A stretch of DNA of 64,000 bases, from positions 1-64,000 of the forward strand of contig KZ538189.1 of assembly GCA_000934665.2 (NCBI GenBank), in the 5' to 3' direction. The stretch comes from Catajapyx aquilonaris. Taxonomy: Eukaryota. Position 1 is the stretch's first letter; each line of letters begins with the position of its first letter. Positions 1-12,100 of this stretch are shown in pieces. The notes beneath the pieces were generated by a model that searched no databases, was not told the origin of the DNA, and saw only the letters and a list, made by a program, of their open reading frames with translations. A program made the position numbers and the translations under genes.

Positions 1-1617
1 CCTGCTACAGAAGGCCTAAAGAGGGACATGTCCACTAAAAGAAAATAATACATTCCCACACATGAAGAGCATCGACTCTCACACTCGTCAAAAACAAACA
101 AAAAATGATAAGAAACTGCGTATGTTCCCAAATTATGTAGTGTTGACGAGTACAAAATGAAGGATAAAAAATTGCAAAAAAAAATTATCTGAAAATATGA
201 ACGTGGATCAGTTAAAAGAAAACATAATAACTTAATAATGCCGACTGCTTGAAACATTTATTATGCACATTTAATGGGAGGTTCCTGGTTACAATTAAGC
301 ATTGCGAATGGTTCAACGAGATAGATAGTACCTGATGCAGTTGTGAACTGGGTTGTCTGAAAATCAGGTATGACGCACATTATCTAGATTCAATTTTTTT
401 TGCCATTATTAGCTCCATATTAGCCACTAGACCAATGCAACACATGACAAATATCTACTGCATATGCGGGTAATTAGCTAGTACTGTAATACAGGCCAAT
501 GTTTAACTCGAACGAATACTTGAGTAACGAATTTTAATGTTTAGATGCAATGACATGCTATAAAATTTAAGCCTTTTTGATTCTAAATTTCCTTAATAAT
601 ATACTGTACTTGCCTCCCTGAAGACCTGGCACCCGAAGACCTGGCACACCGAAATTACTCGTAATTGACCTGGAATCTCGACGAGGAAGAATTTATTGAG
701 GGATAATATTAAGGTTCTTTTATTAGCAAGCTTGTTTTTGTTTTTTCCGATCCACAGATATGGGCACAACACGCATTATATGAAAAAAGTTAGTCTGTTT
801 AATCGCACATATACGTATAGATGTAGATTCTGCTAGGTATGACGGTGATGACGGTGCTTCAATATTCCTTCGAGCGTTCCTCTCTGCATTTCTTGCTCCT
901 CCTCCTCCAGGGGGTTTATGTGAACAGGAGCTCTGTCCTGCATCTGAGGAAGAGAACAGATAGTTGTGAAACTATTGGTCATCACTCACTTTATAGAGAC
1001 AGAGACATGAAATAGGACGTTTGAAATCGTAGATTCGGTTATGATGAAGTAAAAAAGGCGCATTTATTAGTATAATATAGTGTGTATTGTACACAGCCTA
1101 TACAGAGCATCTATGCCCTTCTTTTGGTGGACGAAATTTTTCAGACTAATAGATGAAAGGTGTACCTAGCGCCCCCCTAACGTCACAAGTTCGTACCTCC
1201 ACTGGATTTCACGGTATATCGACAGTCCGGGAACTTTTTGATCACACCTCGTACACCTTCAAATTATTTACGTAGTTTCCATCGATGTGTGGAAGCCGCA
1301 AAGAAAGCATGCATTCTCTCAAGGGTTCCAAAAAATTTCACACATCACTTGGGTGTCACCCCCTTTGAGGGTGGCACCCCCCGCACCTGCCTATAGCAAC
1401 GCCACTGACAACTTGTTATGCTCAGTTTGTCAAGGTTCTGAGCTACGAAATAATTTAATTGCAACGAGGCAAGATTGTGCTTGACAGTCTAATTTCTCAA
1501 ATCAGTAGCATGTCATTGTCACCTGCAACTTCTCGAAAGATCGGCGGGGTACAAATCCCAATGCAAGCCAGATTGGCAGCTCAAACGCGTCGAACCGGAC
1601 GCACATCCCCGTTTTTT

Positions 1618-1656
1618 NNNNNNNNNNNNNNNNNNNNNNNNNNNNNNNNNNNNNNN
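1618..1656. other. Assembly gap (39 N) next to a poly-C run
   Basis: N run; further N bases at 3699, 35437-35442, 40127, 48991 and 50361 all sit within G/C homopolymers. Confidence 0.95.
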
Positions 1657-4600
1657 CCCCCCCCCCCCCCATCAAAATGTTTATACAGCGAACGGGGAAT
1701 ACCCGACATGGCCTTCAATTGGTCCCGAGTCATTTATTTTTGTCTCTATACCCTCATAGAACGGCTCTAAAAAAATTCGGATAGGCGTCTTGTTTTGTTC
1801 ATACTTCTGTTATGGTGAGTGCCCTTCATATTCATGGAGCTGCAGAAATAATTTCGCAGGCCGTTTCACTTCTGGGATGACCTGCTGCACTACATCCGCT
1901 TGCCTTTTACTAAGCGGCACTAATTTGAGTATGTCTGGAGTAAAGGACGGTTACGCGCTCGTTTTGTCACATGGCACTTGGGCATTAAATCATATTTGTT
2001 GCTGAGACGTAGTTGTAAGGACTCTTGAAATGGTGTTAGGTTGGCCACAAACGAAACCACCGAATTATAGTTCAGCAAGGCCAAGGCAACTATAAGGTCA
2101 TCTAACTACTATCGGTGAATAGCGAACAATTTCCACAATAAAAGTGGTAATGACATCCTGTGCACAGAGACAGATTATGCTAACGAGTTTCCAGACAGCA
2201 GAACCCATTCGTGGTAACAACTTGTCCAAGCACATCATTTTGAATCTGCTATTTGCTTCCGAATGTTGCTTAATTGACGGTGGCAATCAAGGGGGTGGAT
2301 TAAGTTGGAATCAATTTGTCCACTGTCCTACCGGTCATCGGTTGCCAGTGAACAGCCCTAATCCAGATCGGATTCCGATTCCCTATCACTATTGCAATGA
2401 AAGAGAGAGAGAGAGAGCCGACGGAATAAACCAACTTGCTGTATCGGAAAACGAAACAAATCCTTCAACAGTTACAAGCCTAATAAAAACAAAATTGGGG
2501 TTTAAAAATAGCACACACAGCGTAGTACATGCATATTTGCCACTACCAAAGGGCTCATTCAGAAAACGGTTATGCGATGAATTATCTGCAGTAGAAACAT
2601 TTTTATACAGTATGCCGTAAACAGCACTGAACATTTCTTAATCTACCCCCACTATCATAAAAAATAATTATAATTTTTTTTCTCCATCTCTTAATTACAT
2701 TCTGAGGCCTTGAGATTTCCAGCCGCAAAATCTTCAATAATTACCCAGCTAGAGGTTGGCTGCTAAAATAAAGGGAAAGATCTCTTTTCCAAGGCCAAGC
2801 TGTACATATCAACCTCCCCAAGTTATCCTTCGAATGTCACAAGTTCCCACCACCGTGAAATCAGGATCACAGCCAAATGCTAATTGGATATTAAGAAATT
2901 TATACCTTTTCCCATCAGAAACTTTCGGGGGACTAAGTGATCGACTTAATGCCTCTCAATATTATATTGCTTATACTGAAGTCTGCTGCATATATACACC
3001 CACCGTGTTTACTGCAACGAAGCTCTGGAAAATACTGTGCATGGTAGAACTTTCTTATTAGCCCAGGAGTTTGTTAGGAACAGGACTCGAGGCTGCATTA
3101 AGCCACGGCAGATGAGACTACTAACTATGCAGCAAGATGGTGCAAGTACAGCAGATTCATGAGAAGTAACACAAATTCAATTGTTGCGATTTATTGCGAC
3201 TGGTCTAATTAGTGCTTTAACCTAACGCCATTTTGATTTTAAAAAATCGCTCACATGTCGATCTGATAACCTGACCTAGCCTACTACTAAGAGAGGTCAA
3301 GGCTACTTTTTTCTCCAGCTTCTAATGGCCGGAAGACGCGTAAAAAAAAAGAGTTGTACAACCGGGGCCGCACATGTGTAAACAGTGGGGGTAATTTCAG
3401 TCGGTTTTCCAACCAGAAGGTTTCCATCTTTCGAGTAAAACCTGAACTAGACCCGGTTCCTAGATGTCAGCATGGTTCGTCGTATTGATCGTGGAGCTGA
3501 CTTTACCGATTTTGTCCGCGTTCCTGGAAAGCTTCTATTCAGATTTTCGTCAATTAAGCAGGGTGGTGGGGTTGGACACACATAAAAAAAGGCACCGGAA
3601 TGAATTTTGGGGGGTACGAGCTTCTGGCGGAAGAGTTGGTTCGACCATAAGGAAGCAGCGGTCATCCGGTTCTTGTTGGGGAGGCCAGATGGAAAGGANG
3701 GGGGGGGAGGTCGTAATTTTTTTGGAAGGGAAAAAAGTTCTTCATTGGGAGGGTAATATTTTATTACGAACATTACGAGCAGAATGTAGGATGGGGAAGG
3801 TGTGACATGCTTCCGGGATGCGCTAGGCATATTTGCAAGAGGGGGGGTGGGATGCAGCTATTGATTCCAGGGAATCTTCAAACAGCTGTAATGCATTTTC
3901 ACTTTCGTGGCACGTATATCCTCAATTGAGTCCATTTCTGGGTTGCATAAGGAGTTGTCCAATGTAGCAAAATATGAGTCATCAAATACTACTACAAAAT
4001 GAGTTTAAAGCTGCATAATACGAATAACATTCTTACCTCACACATTATGCGATAACACATATCCCAATGCATGCATATTAAACTATATGCAAAATAAAAT
4101 GTAGGAACAAAATTTTTTAAATATATTGTATGGCATTGTTGTGGAGTGTAACAGCTCATGTCTCTATACGTAGTTATTAAGGCGAGCGCTGATAAAATAT
4201 AAATATGAGACATTATCAGCATGATCGCTTAATTCAATTATAGGAAAACAAATGCGGCGGGGCTAGAAACTAGACGTATCGCTAAACAATCACGCGATAT
4301 GTGCCATGTACTGATGTTATCATGACTTATTTCTTGAAGCTGGTGGACATGAAGCGCGTAAATAATAAATAACCATGAACGCGCAATGTAATTATAGGAC
4401 TCATTGCTGCAAATAATGTAGAAGTCGGCTACATTAATTTAGGAGTCTTTTATATGGTACCGGAATACCGGATGGATCAAGTGTCGTTTCATCTGCTTTA
4501 ATTTGTAAGGCGCAGTAGTGCTTATTTTTGATGATAATTTATTTACAAACTTCCATCATTTTCGTTCTTCGGTAGCTGTGAGATGATATTTAATTTAGCT

Positions 4601-7600
4601 TCGATGCATACATGTGCGAATCTACATTGGAATCGTGAGATTACTCCTGCACGTACTATTTTTAGACTCCCTTCTGTAGCATACGTATAGGCCATCATAT
4701 GAAAGCAGAGGAGCCCCCATTCAATATTTCGTTGAAACCGAGATTGATATTTCAAATGAACACATATTGCATGTACTTATTTATAGCCCAACGAACAAGA
4801 TTCTATAATTAGAGTAGCTGGAAATAGCCCCTATCAAATATGAAATCTCTTAACCTCTTCTTACCGCTTAAGGCCGATCAATACTTAGAACCGGAGTGAT
4901 TCACATTTCTGTCCAGCAGATGGAACCAGCTCTGGGCTCGACTCAACCAGTTACCCAGCAAGCCCTCGACAGATGTCAGGCCCATCGTGGTCTAGATTCC
5001 TGCTCGACATTGTGTCCATAATAATTCCTGTCGTGTCCGCACGAACCTCTAATTTTACGGAGTACAACCTAGAAAAGCCCACTCAGATGCATTTTCCAGA
5101 TAATTAGAAACTCTAGCAAAGGCCTGAGTATCAAACCGACAGGCGGTCATTCTGGCTGCAAAGTTGTGAGATCAAAAGCGTAGGTTGAGAGTGTCCAAAA
5201 CTCTAAGTACTACTCGAAAAGTAAAGGAGAATGAACCCACCCTGCAACGGCCATCTATACTGCATCGGTGTGCCCCTTCTGACGTATATAACCTCTTCGG
5301 GCACACCCAATTAAAGTTTCAAGTGGGTTCGCCCACGCAAAGCTCCCGGATCCTATGTCAGCCTCTCAACTGGATAACCACACAAAGGCTAATAATATCC
5401 ACCGAGCAAAGTGTTAGGCTTCGTGGAGGAAGATACCTGATGCAGCAAGCAGCATGTACAGAGAGAGAGCAAACGCACGTCATAACAATTACTGGAGTTA
5501 ACGAACCACGACCGCCCCCAAATCGCCTAATGCAATAATTCCGCCAAAATCCGATCAATGTCCAGTGTATGAATAAATATTCAGTGAGTGGGAAATAGCT
5601 TCATGTTCCGGGCTGCTATTTTCATTGAGGAATTTCTCTGTACGTGATGTAGGGTGTATGCGCATATTTTGTATAGTAAAAGGGGCGAAATTGCAGTATA
5701 TCGCGTGCACACAGAAATCCATTTTGCCGATTATGAAGTCGCAATTTTCTACCTCCTGGTAAAGTCCATAAAAATAATGAGCCAGCAAGCAACTTTTGTG
5801 GGGATTTCTCCTGTACGCCCACGACATAATTTTAGGCAATTTTTGTCCCACTCTGCGACCTTGCCTACTCATCGATTATCTCTTTTTTTGTTTAAATAAT
5901 AGTTGGAAGAGTCCACGAAAAGTATCCTGGTGGTATTTCATTTGAAATGGGATTTCTGTGCCTCGTGTGGGAGTGAATCCGGTTTTGGCAGCATGTACCC
6001 CGTACCTTTTGCATCTTTAATCTGATTTGAAACCGTACAAGTCCCGTGCTATAGCTCCGAATGAGCTGATTGGTTCCCCCATGAGAGATATGGGGCCATG
6101 TATATCTATCTCCCCCTTTTTCCTGCTAGCTGCATATCCTCTCCAGTGGAACGTGGTCGCTTCAAAATCCAATTACCTGATGGTCAATTGATTTATCCGG
6201 AGCTCAGCAAAAACTGCAGGCAGCCCCCCCCCCTAAATTGTAATGGCAAATGGAGAAATGGCTAATACGCCAGTAATGATAATCATCATCGTCATTATCG
6301 TATCGCGCGATTAAATTGGGACTAAACTGGGTCGGCGTCATGCCAAAAATAGATTTGTGATGCTACTCGTCAGACACGTTTGGTCGGATATTGCTTTGCT
6401 GCCAGAAAGTTCAAATGAAGTGTATGTGTGTGTATGTGTGTGTGTGCTGGTGCTGCAGATTTATTACGGCGGGTTAGGAATTTCAATGGTAAATACCACA
6501 CCGCATGTAGTACAGAACGTGCCCGTCGTGCACTTGCAGAAAATAATGCAGTTATGTAAAAAGGGGGGCTTCACATTTGCATTTCAAAAGCCTCAACTGT
6601 ACAGGTTTTCTAACTTTACTGTTAGTAGTTTGTAGTCACACCAGCTAAAGACCTTGACCTTCAGAAACACGGTGACCGACCCCACTCATTGGGGAGCCCG
6701 CAATTTATAGCACACCGCAAATGACCCGAGGCCTCACGTTCTTCATTCAAGCCAGTTGACAAAATAAATAACCCGGGTCATCATAATGAACTAACGGTCA
6801 TAAAAGGGCATGTGTCGCCATATGTTGAGATATTTTCTCGGCCCCAGCCTCCAATCTGGACCAGGCAGACCCGGTTACGTCTATTGCTTCTCAATGTCCA
6901 CTGATCCTCTCTCAGCTTACTTTTTCCCTGCTTTCCTCCGGCTTTAAATCAGTCCACAACTGGCCATTACGGGGCCATAAAAACGGCACCGTGTAGACGG
7001 GGAGGTAGAGTTGAGGAAGGGCTAAAAACTCAGTTTTTTTTTCTTCTTCTTCAGGAAGGAGCTGTGGTGAATAAAAGATCCGATATGTAAGACGCTGGCT
7101 CTATTTTCTTGCAAGTGAATCAAGGCGACGATAGGGCTATGGGATTTTCATTAGAGGATTTCCGTCTCAATAATTCTGTCCCGTAAACCGTGGGAAACTC
7201 ACACTCTGAGCTTGAACTACGATTTCAATTAGTCCGGGTAGGATTAATCCTATTGGCGACTTTGTCCAAGTGCACATAGACTTGTATACTTGGTTGTATA
7301 TATTTTTTTTCCAAAAGAAATTGTGAACACTCCGATGCCACCTGTTTCACTGCACACTGATTCGGGTCGAAAATGTGGTCGCCAGCTTGCTACACTTTGG
7401 TCGGTGTTTTTGCAACATTGCCTGGAGCCAGCGGGGGTAAAAGCAGGACGAAAACACGACACATGTCTGAGTTAGCCTCGGGTTATTGTCGCAGCATCCC
7501 TTTGGAAAAAAAATGTACCTGATTGAAAATGCAGGGCACCTGATGCTCCAAGGCAGCCTTGGTCACAAGATTCCGATAACCAGGCTCCCACCAAAGACCA

Positions 7601-8355
7601 AATTAAGGGACCGCCTTTTCCTCTCTTCTTCCGACTCCGGACGCGTGAGGAATTGCATTTCATGGACCCCTGACTGTGGGAAAAATACCATTCGCTCCCT
7701 GGGTACACGGAAAAAAAATATATATTATAGGAAGGCAGCGGGTACCGGTCAGAATTCCTATCTGTAACCCGGCTTCTTCATCCGGGCAAGGTCAGTGGAA
7801 AACGCGTTTGGAATGACAAGACTGCAATTCATCAATCATCCACTGCGAAGTTCCGCACCGAGTGCCAAAATAGCTGTTATTTTTAGTCACACTGCACTAC
7901 AAAATAGTATCCAGAATCAGAAAGGTCTCACTGCTATAGTATAAGTTGACAGTGGGACGAAAATTCGACATAAAATATTCGTCTTTCTCAAGATGAACAG
8001 TCGAATTGCCTATGGTACAATGCATATGAGCGATGTACTTGTATAGTACATAGAGTAGAGAGAGTTGGGCATCGTCGTAATGCGCAATGGCGGTGGGAAT
8101 CGAAGAGTGCAGGCGTGGCTTCCCTAGAAACAAGCGAATGAGCTGGGAGCGTGCCAACCGCACCCTCTCCGACGATGTGTGCCATTGACGGCGAGGCCTG
8201 CCAAGGGTTCGGTGGGTCACTCAGTCAGGCATGGACCGGTGTCAGGTCAGCACCGGCGTAGGTTATCACGACGCCAGGATGGCCCCGTGGCCCCGGAACC
8301 AGATCATTTTTGTCTTCCAATAATGTTGTAGTGTGAGTGTGTGAGTAAGTGTGAT

Positions 8356-9110
8356 ATGATGCATGTGCGGAACAACGGAGGGGATGAGCCCCTTTTGGCG
8401 GTGGAGCAAGTGGACACTCTTCAGGTGGTGTTGAACATGACCTATCCTGAGGCGGAGGACACGGACGAGCGGGAAGGGAGCCTCAGTTGGGAACTAGTGA
8501 CAATCCTGGTGCTGAAAGCCAGCGCTATGGGCTTCATCGTTCTGGCGGCCATCTTCGGGAATCTGCTGGTCATAGTCAGCGTGATAAGACACCGGAAGCT
8601 GCGGGTCATCACCAACTACTTCGTGGTGTCTCTGGCTTTTGCGGATATGCTGGTGGCCCTTTGCGCCATGATATTCAACGCCAGTGTGGAGCTGTCTGGC
8701 AGGTGGCTGTTCGGATACATCATGTGCGACATGTGGAACTCGTTCGACGTGTACTTCAGCACAGCCTCCATCCTGCATCTCTGCTGCATCAGCGTGGACC
8801 GGTACTTCGCCATAGTGCAGCCCTTGGACTACCCACTGATCATGACCACCCACACGCTGACCATCATGCTGGCAGTGGTATGGCTCTCTCCGGCCCTGGT
8901 CTCCTTCCTCCCCATTTTCATGGGGTGGTACACCACCAGCGAGCACCTCCGGTTCAGAATGGACAACCCGGACATGTGCAGGTTCGAGGTGAACAAGGCG
9001 TTCGCTTTGGTGTCCTCCTCCGTCTCATTCTGGGTGCCAGGCATTATCATGCTTTGCATGTACTACAAGATCTATCGTGAGGCAGACCGACAGGAGAGGA
9101 TGCTCTACAG
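8356..9110 (+). CDS. Octbeta1R: Beta-adrenergic-like octopamine receptor (class A GPCR), coding exon 1: N-terminus, TM1-TM5, start of ICL3
   Basis: Aminergic GPCR motifs: GNLLVI (TM1), SLAFAD (TM2), [27 protein letters not shown] (TM3 Asp, DRY), SSSVSFWVP (TM5 serines), N-glycosylation sequon NMT. First ATG 8356; ends TACAG|GTGAGT (donor 9111, phase 2). Subtype from recalled similarity of [25 protein letters not shown] to insect Octbeta1R/OA2; subtype is less certain than family. Confidence 0.93.
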
Positions 9111-12100
9111 GTGAGTCCTATGCCTTACGTAATTGGCCGAAAGTTTGACCAAAAGAATGAGTTGTGTTCAAATCCATGTGTTCACCCCATTCCGTCAACT
9201 TCAATTCAGATATTCAAAGAAAAGCTGGATTCTGTGCCCATAACCTCCTTTTCGATACAGCCTTTAAAAAAAGAGCGCCGGCTCCGTCAGCTCCCATTTA
9301 TTGTCTCCCATAAAAATATCGAGCCACCAATAACATCCTCCATAACAGCGATACGTTCAAAAAAGTTTACCAGTATTGTCCCTTCCCCATATAAAGCCTT
9401 AATTAAGAAAATGCGCACCTACCCCTTTTCCTATAATTAAACGCAACGAGGCGTATAACCAGCAGCGCCCAACCTTCACAGGTACTCCTCTTTATTCTGA
9501 CCTCTAAAAACCAAGCATTAAATTTGGGTCCAACTTCATCATGCCCGACTAACTTACCCTAGAAAATCAGGGGGCGTCCTTTCTGCATTAATTAAAGCCA
9601 GCAGGTTCTTCTTTTGAAAACCCCCGACTCACTATTCAAAAGGCGACGTATATATACAGTGTGCCGCCGCTCAAAGTTGAGACACCTGTAAGAAAACGGA
9701 TGAATGGAAACGCGTTTTTTTTTTTCTCTCGCGAAAGAAGCGAAGGAGCTCAAAAGTTTTCCGCGAATGGACTCTACCTTGTTGCATTCACATGACCTGA
9801 GCCGAGAGTGGAACTTTATTCCGGGGAATAAGCTTTTGTACGCCTCGTCTGAACACCCGGAGCTTATACAATTCTCGATGCATATAAAGCCCTCCTTTTT
9901 CGCCTTGTCATCCATAAAACTTTAAGCACAAGTTCTACTAGTTTCCTTCGCTCCACGTGTTAATAATATTTGTCTGCAAAAAAATGGATTTTTTTTATCA
10001 TACTGGATAATGACGTAAGTGAGAGAGACTTGAAATAATTAAGCCAAATTGCCAGATGGATTACTATAGGGAAAGAGCTATTATGTCTTCCGGCAGCAGA
10101 TTTAATCTGGGGCAGAGGAAATTATATTCCTTGTACTACACAAGGTTCTGTAATTCTTCATCCGGAGCGAGCGGTCAGGCTAGGGATTTTGACCGGACCA
10201 CACGACAAAAAATAATATCCTCGAGGCCAGAAGTGGATTTGATATTATGAAAACGCCCACTCTTTTCTGTTTAAAAAAATCCCCCGATCCTATACACATT
10301 GCGTACAGTGTAGGGTTCTGTTCACGGCAGGTTTTCCACCCATTCACAAAGGGCTCACCTCCAATAAATTGTCATTTAGTTCGTTAGACAGCCGATCATT
10401 TTGGGGACATATAACAGCATCTAGCTTCAGGCAAGTCGCTTTTTCGTGCACAAAAATAACTTGTAAAGGCGCATTTGTAATTAACCGGCCTTATGAAATT
10501 GAATTATTTCACACCAGCAATCCACTGGGCACCAACAGTGCAGAAATATGGTTCATGCACTCTTATTCCGGATTCTGTAAATATGGGTTTTTTTAAAAAA
10601 ATATGCAAAACCGGACCAGTAAAAACCATTTTCATCACGAAGTATATGCATGTAAAGCCAGCTAATGGAATAAGCAATAGGGAGAGGGGTTGAAAATATT
10701 TGATGCTTTCAGGTTCGAAAGTGCTGAGAGTGTTAGAGAGAGAGAGAGAGAGACTTGCATAATGTCGAAACGCCCACATCAATGTACATATCCTCCTGTG
10801 ATGTTCTGTGCAGCTCATTAGGCCGATGAGGCATTACAAAGAGGAGGAATGTAATTTCAAAACAATGCAGGTCCTGGGTCTTTGTGTGCGTAACAGAGAG
10901 CTTGCTGCATTTTTTCCGGAAAAAAATTGTACTCACATTAGAATTACGCGGTTTGTGAAGGTCATGCATACACAACCTTTGGAAGGTGTAGAAGATTCTG
11001 ATGTACGATTTCTGACTATTTGCATCAAATTTGAACGCAATGTGCAATTGTTACACTTGGTGAGTCTGTATAAGGTCGCAGTATTTTTGTCGCCAGTATA
11101 TAGCGCATAAAGTCAGCCTTCCTTTTAGTGCGTGGGTTGCTGTACATCGCCCAAGTAAACAGTCTATATGACTTGGATACAAATTTTCTTAAAAGCCTGC
11201 TACATCATTAGCACACGCAACGTGAGCTCGAACCTACTTAGAAGCTTTCTGTTTGCACACATTTTTTCCCCCTCCATCCTATTAGAATTAGAATTCTGCA
11301 ACAACGGCACTTAGGTCGCGTGCTCAAAAATTCGCAAAAAAAAATGTCACGTCGGGATCAATATCCAAGTAACGGTGGCTCTTTTCGATGCGTGTACATC
11401 ATAATAATCGTGGCTGCCGGGTAACAATTTTCGCATTCACCCAGTCACATCAGTCACGGTCTTTCGGAATATCAAATGTCAACTATCCCAAGAGGCCGGT
11501 TTATAGACCGAACGGTCATTCCCACACAACCATTTATACAGGGGGGGCGATTCATTGACAAAAGTCCACATTTCACTTTGAGGTTGGTCACCCTCTATTT
11601 ACAGTCATGAAAATGTCACCTCCAAACCAATAGAAGATGACAGCACAGTTGGCACTCTTAGAAAAGAAGAAAAAAAGAAACTTGTACAGGTTCAGGATAA
11701 CTCCTCGGGACAACTTTTCCATTACTTTCCAGACCTCCGGTTTCATTTCCGTCGAGAGCACAAGTTAGCTTCACTTATCTAATGCGAGTGGCAGGCGTCC
11801 AAACGGAGACTTAGTTTAATTGAAGGGGCGGATCGAGATAGTGGCCGCTCAAAAGTGAGTTAAACCCAACGGAGGATTAAATCACTTGAAAATAATTCGG
11901 GACTCCCAAAACTGCTCCACCAAAATCCTACTTTCATCACATAATATAGTTATCGCAATTGAGCTGCCCTTTGGTCATTGAATTCCGGTCTTCTTTTTTT
12001 CCAGTTGCTATAACCGTATGACCTTTCTCACTGCGCGCAATATTTAATGAGGAAAGGGACGAAATAAGCAGCCGGACACGCAATACATGAAGGTAGAGGC

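Noticed and set aside
620..652. Tandem duplication of GAAGACCTGGCAC
   Set aside because: Two copies only; local slippage, not an array.
8487..9080. Alternative-frame and antisense ORFs (197, 150, 76 and 65 aa) over receptor exon 1
   Set aside because: Shadow ORFs caused by GC3-rich codon usage; no recognisable protein features.
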